A DNA stretch of 62,212 nt, filler included, from Chiloscyllium plagiosum (GCF_004010195.1; 3 parts of one record of this genome joined end to end with filler, not necessarily neighbours in it), one strand, 5' to 3'; positions 25,110 through 38,056 are shown, counted from the first letter of the whole stretch. Numbers and translations: made by a program. The notes: generated by a model from the letters alone, not told the origin.

Positions 25110-27860
25110 TGCCATATGCACTTGTCTCTAAACTGCACGATGCAGGTACAAGTCCCACCCAGGGCCGAGGCACAGATATCAAGGTTGAAGTTCCACTGCA
25201 GTGTTGAAGGAGTGCTACTCTGTTGGAGGTGCAGCACTGTTGGAGGCGCTGCACCGTTGGGGGTGCTGCACCGTTAGGGGCACTGCACTATTGGAGGCAC
25301 TGCATTGTTGGGGGAGCTGCAATGTTGGGGCCGCTGCACTGTTGGAGGCAATGCACTGTTGGGGGTGATGCACTGTTGGGGGCGCTGCACTGCTGGGGGT
25401 GCTGCATTGTTAGGGGTGCTGCATTGTTGGGGGCGCTGCACCGTTGGGTGCGCTGCAATTTTGGGAGCGCTGCACTGTTGGAGTTGCTGCACCGTTGGGG
25501 GCGCTGCACTGTTGGGGTTGCGGCATTGTTGGGGGTGCTGCACTGTTGGAAGCGCTGGACTATTGGATGTGCTGCACTGTCATGGGCACTGCATTGTTGT
25601 TTGCTGCACCGTTGGAGGTGCTGCATTGTTGGGGACGCTGCACTGTTCCTGGCGCTGCACTGTTGGGGTGTTGCACTGTCGTGGGCGCTGCATTGTTGGG
25701 TTGCTGCACCGTTGGAGGTGCTGCATTGTTGGGGGTGCTGCACTGTTGGAGGTGCTGCACCATTGTGGGTGCTGCACTTTTGGGGGCGCCGCACTTTTGG
25801 GGGCGCTGCACTGTTGAACATGCGGCACCGTTGGAGGTGCGGCACTGTTGGGGAAGCTGCATTGTTGAGGGCGCTGCACCATTGGGGGCGCTGCACTTTT
25901 GGAGGTGCTGAACTGTTGGGAGTGCTGCATTGTTGGGTGCGCAGCACTGTTGGAGGCACTGCACCGTTGTGGGTGCTGCATTGTTGGAGGTGCTGCACTG
26001 TTGGATGCGCTGCACTGTTGGGGACTCTGCACCATTGCGGACCCTGCACTGCTGGGGGCGCTGCACTGTTGGAGTTGCTGCACTGTTGGGGGCGCTGCAC
26101 CGTTGGAGGTGCTGCATCATTGGAGGTGCTACACTGTTGGGGGCGCTGCACCGTTAGGGGTACTGCACCGTTGGAGGTGCTGCACTGTTGGGGGCGCTGC
26201 ACCATTGCGGACCCTGCACTACTGGGGGCGCTGCACTGTTGGAGTTGCTGCACTGTTGGGGGCGCTGCACCGTTGGAGGTGCTGCACCATTAGTGGTGCT
26301 GCACTGTTGGGGCACTGCACTGTTGGAGGTGCTGCACTGTTGGGGGCACTGCTCTGTTGGAGATGCTGCACCATTGGAGGTGCTGCACTATTGGGGGCAC
26401 TGCACCATTGGAGGTGCTACACTGTTGGCGGCGCTGCACCGTTAGGGGTACTGCACCGTTGGAGGTGCTGCACTGTTGGGGGCGCTGCACCTTTAGGAGT
26501 GCTGCACCATTAGGGGTGCTGCACTGTTGGAGGTGCTGCACTGTTGGGGGCGCTGCACCTTTAGGAGTGCTGCACCATTAGGGGTGCTGCACTGTTGGAG
26601 GTGTTGCACTGTTGGAGGTGTTGCACTGTTGGAGGTGCTGCACTGTTGGGGGCGCTGCACCGTTGGAGGTTGGGGGCACTGCTCCATTGAGGATGCTGCA
26701 TTGTTGGGTTGCCGCACCGTTAGAGGCACTGCACTGTTGGAGGCACTGCATTGTTGGGGATGCTGCACCATTGTGGGCGTTGTACTGTTGGAGGCGCCAC
26801 ACTGTTTGGGTTACTGCACCATTGTGGGCGTTGCACTGTTGGAGGCGCCACACTGTTTGGGTTACTGCACCATTGGGGGCGTTGCATTGTTGGAGGCGCT
26901 GCACTTTTGGGGGCGCTGCACTGTTGGGGGTGCTGCATTATTGGGGGCACTGCACCGTTAGGGGTGCTGCACTGTTGGAGGTGCTGCATTGTTGGGGACG
27001 CTGCACCATTGCGGGCGCTGCACTGTTGGATGTGCCGCACTGTTGGAGGTGCCGCACTTTTGGGGGCGCTGCACTGTTGGAGGTGCTGCACTGTTTGAGG
27101 AGTGGGAATGTTGGAAGTGGTGCACTGTTGGACATGCGGAAACGTTGGAGGTGCAGCCCCGATGGAGAGGTGGCACTGTTGGGGATGCTGCACTGTTGGG
27201 GGTGCTGCACTGTTAGGAGGCACTGCACCGTCAGAGGCGCTGCACTGTTGGGGGCACTGCACCATCAGAGGGGCTGCACTGTTGGGGGCGCTGCACCATC
27301 AGAGGGGCTGCACTGTTGGGGGCGCTGCACCATCAGATGCGCTGCACTGTCGGAGGGGCCGCGCTGTTGGGGGCGCTCCACTGTTGGGGGCTCTGCACCA
27401 TCAGAGGCACTGTACTGTTGGAGGTGCTGCACTGTTGGGGGCTCTGCACCATCAGAGGCACTGTACTGTTGGAGGTGCTGCACTGTCAGAGGCACTGCAC
27501 AATCGGAGACACTGTACTGTTGGAGGTGCTGCACTGTTGAAGGAGAGTACTGTTGGAGGTGCTGCCCTTCAGATGAGATGTTAAACTGATTCCCTGTCTG
27601 CCTGTTTAAGTACATATCGAATATGCAATCGTCGTAATTAAAAGCTGAGCTGTGCAGTTATTCCTGGTGTCCTGGCCAATGTGTGTCCCTCAATCAGCAT
27701 CAAATGATCTGGTCATTCTCACTTTCCTATATGTGAGAGCTTTCACTGTACAAATTGCCATGCTTCCTATATTACACTGCAGAAAGGTAGTACACTTCAC
27801 TCAAAGTGCTCTGAGATGTCTGGTGGTCATGATAAGCACTACGTAAATGCAATTTTTTTT
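25110..27860 (+). mobile_element. Deu-domain SINE expanded by an internal minisatellite
   Basis: The head ggtacaagtcccac..cactgcagtgttgaaggagtgc precedes the array. The Deu core cttcagatgagatgttaaac..ggtgtcctggccaat..ctggtcatt and the tail taaatgcaatttttt follow it. Confidence 0.8.
25212..27562. repeat. Minisatellite with an 18-bp unit, roughly 130 copies
   Basis: Unit gtgctgcactgttggagg / gcgctgcactgttggggg, with some 17-bp variants. Confidence 0.95.
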
Positions 27861-28479
27861 CTGTCAGTGGAAGAAGCTGTCGAGCCAATAAGGACAGAGT
27901 AAATTGAATTCATATACTGTATACAAGAAGTTTCAATTCTCAAGATAAAGCCTAACAAGTAGTGCACACTTTGAATAACCACTTATCCAATTTACAATAC
28001 GGACTAGAAATAAATTGCTAACAGCTTTCTCAGGTGGAGGTATTTGTATTACCCTCTGCGTCTTGTATGTTGAGTGTTCAAGTCTGATTAATTCCAGAAT
28101 GTGTGCACACACCAACCCCCAATATCAGATGGCATGAATTTAATATAATTTGAAATGGCTTGTGTTGAATTAGCTGTTAATTAACATCTACATCCAATTA
28201 AAGATTGTGGCTTAATCCAGGGTAATGTGCTTTTTCCTAGACTTAGCTTAAAGATTTTACAGATTGACATTGAAATCTGCAGCTTTTCTAACAAAATATC
28301 TGGACAAAGAAATCATTTGAGCTTCTCGTGTTGCCCAAATCCCCACCCATTTAGAGCTTTTTTCTTCCAAACTTCATGCACACGGGTGTGTAGATTGATG
28401 TGTGAGAAATCGGGTGCTTGTCACTCATGGAACAGTAACACAGAGCATTCTCAAGAACAGAACTCAAGCAAATACACTG

Positions 28480-29000
28480 GGGAACATGCAGGCTTGGACT
28501 AACAAGTGGCAAGTAACACTCGCATCACCCAACTGCTAGATAATAACCATCACCAACAAGAAAGAATCTCACCAGCTCATCATGCCATTCAATGGCTTCA
28601 CCATCTCAACATTCTGGAAGTTATCATTGATCAGAATGCTAATAGTAGCAGCAGTGGTTGCCATAGCAGGTCAGAGGCTCCACATCTTGCTGTAAAAAAC
28701 TCCATTTAACTCCCAAAACCTGTCAACCACCTGGAAGCCACGGTCAGGACAGTGATGAAATAATCCTCACTTCCCTGAATGAGTGAAGCTCCAACAACAC
28801 TCAAGAAGCTTGACACTATCCAGGACAAAGCAGCCCATTGATTGACACCCCATCCACTGACTTCAATAGCCATTCCATCCACCAGTGATGCACAGCGACT
28901 GCAGTATGTGCCACTTGCAAGATGCACTGCAGTAAGGCACCTTTGGAAGCATCTTTCAAATCCACAAATTCGACCACCTCAAAGGACTGCATCACCTTCA
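28480..29000 (+). mobile_element. CR1-clade LINE 3' fragment (same family as about 13200-13800 and 55290-55760)
   Basis: The motif gctccaacaacactcaagaagcttgacactatccaggacaaagcagccc is shared between copies. Confidence 0.75.
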
Positions 29001-29909
29001 TCCAGCTGCGCTCACAGTTAGCAGAGTGCTAATGAACTCACTGACTGACTGCCAAAAGTGAAGGCACCATCTCACAGAAAGAACAATGGATTTTCTGCTC
29101 AAGCCACAATGATGTGTGTGAGGGTAATGTACTAATCATTCGCTGCAAAACAGGATATTGAAATGTCAGCCCTGAGGTCCCGTTTCTTCCTTGTTTGGCA
29201 ATTTTTCAGCAATGATTTTAAATAAAGTCAAAACATAATAAAAATGCTCCTTTGAAAAGCTAAACATAACAGTTGTCTGAGGCCCCACAGATCAGTGACT
29301 AAGGCTCTGTCAATCTGTTGGTTCTCCTGTGGTTAAAAACAGACAGCGATTACTTCATCCAGTTTCTGAAGTCTGGCATAGACACAGAGCCATTCAGGGT
29401 ACCACAGGAGACGTAAGAAACAGACCAAACAAACAAAAAACAGGTTTTGTGATTGGACTTCCTTGTAAATGTTAATCATTTGAAATATTCAAAGTGATCT
29501 GATTGATTGAAGGATATTTTTTAAAACTCCAGCTGTGGATGTTTTGTTTTGTCATTCCCCCTGGACAAGACACCGCAGTTACACCCGTACCTTGTGACCC
29601 ACAATCCCATCCTAACTGTAACTTAAGTATTTAACAGAAAAACTTCACAACAGAAATACATTTCAAGTATCAGTCTTCCAATAGAATCTAAATCTCTCCT
29701 TTTAACATATTGTCCATACATATATTTTTTTAAAACCCTTTATTATGAAATTTGCATTGAAAACTCCAACAGAACCATTTACAAAGTGAATGGCAATGTT
29801 AAGGGTCAATAGTACACAGTTGACACAATTCTCAGTAACATTAGGTTGTGATTCAATGTGCTGCAATGACAATTTTCTTTTTACTGGTGCGGCATTTCAC
29901 TGAGGGTGC

Positions 29910-30144
29910 TGAAATAACTCTTTGGAGGCCAAAGTCCCATCAGCAATCACTCTTTATTCACAAATGCATCGCCTTTTACAACAGCACTTTCTCTCACTGA
30001 ATCAGGCATTCATGGTCTCAATAACCCTGACATTCATCCTTTACTGTCAGCTAGGGCTCCCTGATTGGACTAGATTAACAGCTCCAAGCAGGGAACTCAT
30101 ATTCTATGAGGTCAGGCTGGCTGAGCTTGTTGCACTCACTGACA
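29910..30144 (-). mobile_element. Solo LTR, about 235 bp
   Basis: TG...CA ends, CCAAT and AATAAA on the minus strand, and near-TSD ggtgc/tgtgc. Confidence 0.6.
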
Positions 30145-30806
30145 TGTGCTGAATAAGAGGGGGAGGCTGATGCACTTGCTCTGTGCCATCCACAACAACA
30201 GCCTTTCCCAGAGTGCGGAGAGGATTCACAAGAATGGCTGCAGGAATGAGAAACCTGTTATAGGGATAGATTGAAGGAGGTGGGAGTGTTCTCTTTGAAG
30301 AGAAGGCGGCTGAGTGGTGATTGGATAGAGGTTTTCAAAACTCTCAGTGGGCTGGATAAAATACCTAGGGGGAGGCTGTTCCCGCACGCAAATGGAAAAA
30401 GAACAAGAGATGGATTTAATGTGATCCAGAAATGAAACAAGGTCGATGTGAGAAAAACATGGTTTTTATCCCAGACTGTGAGTAGTTAGGGAGTGGAATG
30501 CATTGCCTGGAAATGGGGGAGCAGGCTCAATCATGACATTCACGAGGGCATTGGATGACTATTTGGATGAAAATTTGTGTACAAGGGTATGGGGGAAAAG
30601 CAGGAGATTGGCACAAGTTAATGAAGCTCATTTAATGAGTCGGTGCAATGGCGTCCTTCTGCCCAGTAACCTTTGGTGATCCTCTACCCTGGAAAGCAGC
30701 AGTGAGACTCCCCTCACAGAGCTGCACTCTTCCTTCAGCTTCTCTTTCTCAGTATCAGGCACCAAATCACTGTGCCTTTGACATGCCTGTTCACCTTCCC
30801 GCTACC

Positions 30807-30877
30807 TCCTCAGCAGTATAATGGTTAGTATCCCCACCAGTCCCGTGGGAGACCAGGTTCACCACCCCACCGGGGTA
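30807..30877 (+). pseudogene. tRNA-Asp(GUC) pseudogene
   Basis: tcctcagcagtataatggttagtatccccaccaGTCccgtgggagaccaggttc aligns by eye to vertebrate tRNA-Asp. The T-arm/B-box and acceptor stem are degraded. Confidence 0.75.
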
Positions 30878-30890
30878 AATCCAAGCTTCT

Positions 30891-31222
30891 GGGCAGCACA
30901 ATGGCTCAGTGGTTGGCACTGCTCCCTCACAGAACCAGGGATCCGGGTTCGATTCCCACCTCGGGCGAGTGTCTGTGTGGAGTTTGCACATTTTCCCCGT
31001 GTCTGCGTGGGTTTCCTCCCACAATCCACACATATGCAGGTTAGGTTAATTGGCCATGCTAAATTGCCCATTGAGTTCAGGGATGTGTAGGTTAGGTGGA
31101 ATAGTCAGGGGTAAATATAGGATAATAGGGCCAGAGAATGGGTCTGGGTGGGTTACCCTTCGGAGGGTCAACATGGTCTTGTTGGGCCGAAGAGCCTGTT
31201 TCCACACTGTAGGGATTCTAAG
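30891..31222 (+). mobile_element. HE1-type V-SINE
   Basis: A/B boxes (tggctcagtgg, ggttcgattcc), V-domain and CR1-like tail. Confidence 0.92.
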
Positions 31223-31838
31223 TAACAAAGTTCTAAGATTGTAACTGATGTAATCTGTCCCACTCGGGTATTCCTCTGTACCCTCTATCGGTCACTCCAT
31301 GCGTTGGGAATGGAGTTTCTGTGCTGAATGCTCCACCACATTTCTCTCCGTAGATTACACAGGTTACCTATCTGTCTCCATAAAGTACAAAAAGATTTTC
31401 GGAGGCTGACCCAAAGAATTCGGGATCAAGATGTGAATGGCCATGGCAAACAGGTAAGGAAAATGTATCAAGGCATAGACACAAGTCCCTGTTCAGCCTC
31501 AGTACACTTCACACCTTGCAGAAGTTTGATCTTGTAACTATGCCCAACCCCCCTCAACCCGTCTCTCTGAGTGCTCATTCCTCAATCTCCCATCTCTTCA
31601 GATCCTCCTCATAGTATCAACAGAAAGAAAGCCAGTCATTCCAATATCCAGGGGAGAATTCCCATCACAGGTCATGTTTTCAGGAATGTGTATGATGATG
31701 TACACAAGGAGGTACATTCCGACCTCGCTGTGACAGGAGGGTCTGCATAAGAAGAGTTAAAGTCTGAATGACCCACTGGTGACTGTGGTGACCCCACAAT
31801 AGGCTGTGAGGTTTAAATAGAAAACATTAAGTTACGTG

Positions 31839-32479
31839 TGTTATGGACTCGGCCAGACCACTCAAAACATTCTTAAGCAGGCAGCCCTAGGCCTAACTTT
31901 GCAATTTGTGGACAGTGAAAATTACCCGGAGAAAGATAGCGAGGTTGACTACTAGATTTTAAAACAGACAAAAACATTTATTCACAAAAGGACACAATGA
32001 AACACAAAGGATAGAATAAAGAAATCCTACAGAACTCAGCCTCTCCAGCCAGACTTAATTATGCTGGTCCGAATAAACACAACAGGCCCAGTAAGCAAAC
32101 CCCCTTTAAAAAACCGGTATAACTGGAACACATGTTTACAGGTTGAAGTTGAAGTTGAAGGGCAGAAAGAAGAAGAGAGAGAGAGTTTCCACATAGCTCC
32201 TTGTGGAACTTGCCAGTTCAAGAATGAACTAAAACTGCTCAGCTCAGCTCAGCTCAGCTAGAGAGCTGACCACTCCCCTTAAATGATACAAGTCACTTCT
32301 AAAGCATGACCACAGTCTCATCTGTTGACATATAAACAAAAAGCCTCTGAAATTCCTTTTCATCTCTAAACCAAACCAGACTGATTGGAGCCCAGCCTGG
32401 TTTATTACCCCTCTGAAAAAAATCAAGGACAAAATCTCCTTGAGCCAAGGAACAGCTATGCTCAAACAGTTTTGTGACA
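31839..32479 (-). mobile_element. Solo LTR, about 640 bp, with 4-bp TSD CGTG
   Basis: Starts tgttat and ends gtgaca. CGTG at 31835-31838 and 32480-32483. AATAAA and CCAAT on the minus strand. Confidence 0.75.
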
Positions 32480-33597
32480 CGTGTAGCAATGCTCTAACAG
32501 CTTTGTGACACATGTAGCTATGCTCTAACTGCTTTGTGACACGTGTATCAATGCTCTAACAGCATTGAGACACATGTAGCAATGCTCTAACAGCTTTGTG
32601 ACACGTCTGGCAATGCTCTAACAGCTTTGTGACACGTGTAGCAATGCTCTAATGCTCTAACAGCTTTGTGACACATGTAGCAAAGCTCTAACAGCTTTGT
32701 GACATGTGTAGCTATGCTCTAACAGTTTTGCGACACGTGTAGCAATGCTCTAACAGCTTTGTGACACGTGTAGCAATGCTCTAACAGCTTTGTGACATGT
32801 GTAGCAATGCTCTAACCACTTTGTGACACGTATAGCTAAGCTCTAACAGCTTTGTGACACGTGTAACTATGCTCTAACAGCTTTGTGACACATGTAGCTA
32901 TGCTCTAACAGTTTTGTGACACGTGTAGCTATGCTCTATCAGCTTTGTGACACGTGTAGCAATGCTCTAACAGCTTTGTGACCCATGTAGCAATGCTCTA
33001 ACAGTTTTGTGACACGTGTAGCAATGCTCTATCAGCTTTGTGACACGTGTAGCTATGCTCTAACAGCTTTGTGACACATGTAGCAATGCTCTAACCACTT
33101 TGTGACACGTATAGCTAAGCTCTAACAGCTTTGTGACACGTGTAGCAATGTTCTAACAGCTTTGTGACACATGTAGCAATGCTCTAATAGCTTTGTGACA
33201 CGTGTAGCTATGCTCTAACAGCTTTGTGCCACATGTAGCTATGCTCTAACAGTTTTGTGACATGTGTAGCTATGTTCTAACAGCTTTGTGACACGTGTAG
33301 CAATGCTCTAGCAGCTTTGTGACATGTGTAGCTATGTTCTAACAGCTTTGTGACACGTGTAGCAATGCTCTAGCAGCTTTTTGACACGTGTAGCTATGCT
33401 CTAACAGCTTTGTGACACTTGGAGCAATGCTCTATCAGCTTTGTGACACATGTAGCAATGCTCTAACAGCTTTGTGACACGTGTAGCAATGCTCTAACAG
33501 CTTTGTGACACGTGGAGCAATGCTCTAACAGCTTTGTGACACGTGTAGCAATGCTCTAACAGCTTTGTGACATGTGGAGCAATGCTCTAACAGCTTC
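32452..33597. repeat. Minisatellite with a 31-bp unit, about 36 copies
   Basis: Unit gctttgtgacacgtgtagcaatgctctaaca. Confidence 0.97.
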
Positions 33598-34817
33598 CTT
33601 CAGCTGGCTCTCCAGTGTCTTCTCCAAAGCCTTTCTTTTCTTCTGTGGGATTTACATGTTGCTGACAAGGCCAGCATTTGTTCGCCGTCCTGAATCAGTG
33701 AGTTGCTAGGCCACTTCAGAGAACAGTTTAGAGCCAACCCATTGCTGTGGGTCTGGAGTCACATGTAGGCCGGGCCAGGTAAGGAAGGATGACAATCCTT
33801 CCTTAAAGGACAGGAGTGAACCCAATGAGTTTTTACAACAATTTATGATAGTTTCATAGTCAATATTACTGAGACTAGTTTTTGATTCCAGACCATATAA
33901 CTGAATCTAAGTTCCACCAGTTGCTGAGGTAGGATTTGAACCCATGCTGCCCCCGAGCGTGAATCTGGGCCTCGGGATTTCCAGTTCTAGTATGGGCAAA
34001 TAAGAAATAGGCATGCCTTCGCAGAGCAAGCCTACATCCCCATCATCGAACCATAAAATATACTGGGCCTCCATGGGTGGAAGCTTCATAAAAGCCCAAA
34101 TGTAAATGGGACTGAAGTTAGAGGAGCAGAGTATTTCCTGACAAAATTCCCCGTAATTATGTGTCAGAAATCATAATGATCCAGCACTCACAAAGTATCA
34201 TATCCTCCAACTAGCTGCTATCAGGGGCATGGAAGTGCGCATGATGTCCCAGTTGGGACATGAATGTCCCCTTTCCAGATGAAAGTGCCCAAACTTAACA
34301 GACTGCAAAATTCTCAATCCAGGAGCGGTGGCCTTGATGTGTGATATTTGGTTCCACACTACTGTAAGAGCGGCACAATAAATAATGTCAAAACAGCTCC
34401 TTAGAAATATATAATTAACTTTTAAAAAATCTATTCCTTTTCATTCCCCAGATTTTGGGCAGATTTATATTGCATCTGCGGCATCAGGGAGAAGCTAATC
34501 CATGTCAGAGAGACAGCAACCTCATCTGCAAATTCATTGTCCTAGTCTAACTCCCCATCAGCAAAGTGGGTGCTAATTACTCTCAGTCCAACAGCTCCAG
34601 GACAATTAAACAAACCCTGCAGAGCAGATGTGGACTGCCAGCATCTGAACGAGTGCATGAGTGGACTTTGAAGACAGTGCCAGTGCTAGGAATCCGGGAA
34701 GCTCCCTACAGCAGCAGGTACATCTGTCTATGGGAATGGGAGATCAAGGAATAGAGCCCTCAAAATAAATCAAAAAAGGGAAAGCGCACGCTGATGTCTA
34801 GCTGATCATTTTACCAA

Positions 34818-35546
34818 GGAGAGAGAGGGAATGGATTTGACTGAGACAAGATGGGGGGAGGGGAAATGAGGAAACTGGTGAAATCCGAGTTCATCCCTTG
34901 TGGTTGGAGGGTTCCTAGGCGGAAGATGAGGCGCTCTTCCTCCAACCGTCGTGTTGTTGTGGTCTGACGATGGAGGAGTCCAAAGACCTGCATATCCTTG
35001 GTGGAGTGGGAGGGGGAGTTGAAGTGTTGAGCCACAGGGTGGTTGGGTTGGTTGGTCCGGGTGTCCCAGAGGTGTTCTCTGAAACGCTCCGCAAGTAGGC
35101 GGCCTGTCTCCCCAATATAGAGGAGGCCACATCGGGTGCAGAGGATGCAATAGATGATGTGTGTGGAGGAACCCTAGGAACCTTTCCGCTTAGGAACCTT
35201 CCAACCACAAGGGATGAACTCGGATTTCACCAGTTTCCTCATTTCCCCTCCCCCCACCTTGTCTCAGTCAAATCCATCAAATTCAGCACCGCCTTCCTAA
35301 CCTGCAATCTTCTTCCTGACCTCTTCGCCCCCACCCCAGTCTGACCTATCACCCTCACCTTGACCTCTTTCCACCTATCACATTTCCGACGCCCCTCCCC
35401 CAAGTCCCTCCTCCCTACCTTTTATCTTAGCCTGCTGGACAAACTTTCCTCATTCCTGAAGAAGGGCTAATGCCCGAAACGTCGATTCTCCTGTTCCCTG
35501 GGTGCTGCCTGACCTGCTGCACTTTTCCAGCAACACATTTTCAGCT
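34818..35546. mobile_element. Penelope-like insertion: inverted GIY-YIG segment plus forward terminal repeat, 16-bp TSD
   Basis: Minus strand HIIYCILCTRCGLLYIGETGRLLAERFREH...RRLEEERLIFRLGT. Segment 34829-34924 is inverted relative to 35185-35277. TSD ctgatcattttaccaa at 34802-34817 and 35547-35562. Confidence 0.92.
35451..35487 (+). ncRNA. Minimal type-I hammerhead ribozyme core
   Basis: CTGAAGA (35456-62), A, GGGC-taat-GCCC, GAAA (35476-79), C, GTC (35481-83). Confidence 0.75.
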
Positions 35547-35754
35547 CTGATCATTTTACCAATAAATGGTTAAAGTTCACATGAAAGGATTGAGTGAACG
35601 AATATTCAGATCACATCCTCAATGCTGGAATCTTTTACTTTTCTTTTATTTACTAATCAGAAATTGAATGTAACACATCTGGATTCTCAATCAGCCAGAT
35701 GTGACCAGAGACTAATATGTTAAACAGCTTTGGAATGAAGGATGCTGTAACAGC

Positions 35755-36546
35755 AAAAGGAATTTGGGGAAAGCAAAATCTTAGCAGGACTTATATACTT
35801 AATGGTAAGGCCCTAGGGAGTGATGTTTAACAAAGAGACCTTGGAGTGCAGGTTCATAGCTTCTAGAAAGTGGAGTCACAGGTAGATAGGATAGTGAAGA
35901 AGGCGTTTGATATGCTTTCCTTTATTGGTCAGAGTATTGAGTACAGGAGTTGGGAGGTCATGTTGCGGCTGTAAAGGACATTGGTTAGGTCACTGTTGGA
36001 ATACTGCATGCAATTCTGATCCCCTTTCTATTGGAAAGATGTTGTGAAACTTGAAAGGGTTCAGAAAAGATTTACAAGGATGTTGCCAGGGTTGGAGGAT
36101 TTGAGCTATAGGGAAAGGCTGAACAGGCTGGGGCTGTTTTCCCTGGAGCGTCAGAGGCTGAGGGGTGACCTTATAGAGGTTTATAAAATTATGATGGGCA
36201 TGGATAGGATAAATAGACAAAGTCTTTTCTCTGGGGTGGGGGAGACCAGAACTAGAGGACATAGGTTAAGGGTGAGAAGGGAAAGATATAAAAAAGATCT
36301 AAGGGGCAACTTTTCCGCACAGAGGGTGTTTTGTGTATGGAATAAGCTACCAGAGGAAGTGGTGGAGGCTGGTACAATTGTAACATTTAAAAGGCATCTG
36401 GATGGGTATATGGATAGGAAGGTTTTGGAGGGATATGGGCCAAATGCTGGAGAATGGGACTCGATTGGGTTGGGATATCTGGTCGGCATGGATGAGTTGG
36501 ACTGAAGAGTCTGTTTCTGTGCTGTATATCTCCATGACTCTATGAT
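35755..36546 (+). mobile_element. CR1 3' fragment
   Basis: KLERVQKRFTRMLPGLEDLSY...WNKLPEEVVEAG with the tail atgactctatga. Confidence 0.92.
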
Positions 36547-38056
36547 TATGTTGAGAAACAGGCTTTATTGTGCAGTATTGAGAAACCACACTCGAGCCAG
36601 GTCCAGAACAATGAAGGGTTAGTGTTTTTGCCACATTGATAACCACAGCTGATATGGAGATCATGAACCCACTGCCCCCAGCCCGCAGTGTTGTAAATTG
36701 CCGGGTTGCTGGTGCTTCCCCATGGAAGGTACATACATTCTGCCTCATTGACTCTTCGAAATTTAGAAAACCAAAAGCAGTTCAAGATCAATAATGAATC
36801 AAGATCTTACAGCCTGGTCAGTCTGTAGGAATCCCTTTTTTTTAAAAACATCATTCTTACTGTATCTAGAGAAAATTGATTCCTTCTCCAAAAATCAGAG
36901 ATTACTATCATCAATTTGGACCAGTTGTTAATGAGAAACCTGCTCCTTTAGCTGTTCAGTTCAATTTGTAGCTTAGAATGGACACACCAGCCTCATGAAA
37001 TGCCAATTAAACCACAGGACTTCAAATTTTCTAACTCACTTCAATTTTCTACCAGACTGGTTTATGTAATTAAACACTCCATCCCATCTTACCTACTTTA
37101 ATGCTCTGGTACCTTATTTAATCATGAAAAAGGCTTGACACAGAAGCCTGTATTAATCATGCTGATGGTGGAAGCCAGCCAACTGGCAGGTGTATTTTTT
37201 GTCTACTGTCCAGAAGAAATCATTCAGGATCTTGTTACTCACGTTTACTTTTCAGCTTGTTTCGAGTTTAAACCTCATTGTTCACATCAGGCGGCAAGGA
37301 AGAAAACGAATTTTTAAAAGGGCACCGTAAATGTTTCAGTGGTGTGTATGTGGATACAGGGCAAATGTGCTGTTATCATGTGGGCCATATCATGTGTAGA
37401 ATCTGTGCAAGTACTTGACATAGTGGAAGTGCATGACTGAGTCGATCTCCACAAAGCCCTCCCCCTCCCCAAACAGAAACCCCATTGTATCCTGGCATGA
37501 CTGAGCTAGAGCCCTGAGGGCCCCTCAGTACAGTGTGTATGACCAGGTGTCTGTTGTCAGAGTCACACAAAAGGTCAGTACTCAGTCACACAAAGTCATT
37601 CACATTACTCCATGTTCAAAAAGGGATGATGTACTGATCTATCAACAAGTTTATAGAAGTAAAAATTGATGCAGAATATTATTCCCCAATATTTTTAAGC
37701 AATCGCAGGCTCCCTTTCCCACAGTTCAATGTTAAAAGTTCAGCAAGTGGGCCCTAGCATTGTCAAAGGCACATTGACACCTATTTAACCCTTAGCCAGG
37801 CCTCTCACGTGACCCCTTTCCTCAGCAGCTCATTTAAATATTTCACCCCAACCCCCAAACAGGAGGCCATTCAGCCCCTCCAGCCTCTGTTACTGAACAG
37901 TTAGATCAGAACTCTCTTTACTCTTGATATCTGCAATATCTTAAAAACAAACTGAATGCAAAAGGGTTAAGTCCAAGAAAGGAGTTCCAGTCTTGGGCAG
38001 CCAGTGCTCCCAGTCTCGGGCAGCACTTTAACCGGGAGGTTGAGTACAGCTCGGAT

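Noticed and set aside
25223..27615. Many long Cys/Gly/His-rich ORFs in all frames
   Set aside because: They are a by-product of a stop-poor 18-bp tandem unit inside a SINE, with no gene structure.
32452..33597. CRISPR-like regularity of the 31-bp repeats (also the 39-bp and 28-bp arrays)
   Set aside because: The units are head-to-tail with no unique spacers, there are no cas genes, and the context is vertebrate.
38003..38045. Faint U6/7SL-like words (gtgctc..ggcagcac, cgggaggttgag)
   Set aside because: Too short and not colinear with either RNA.
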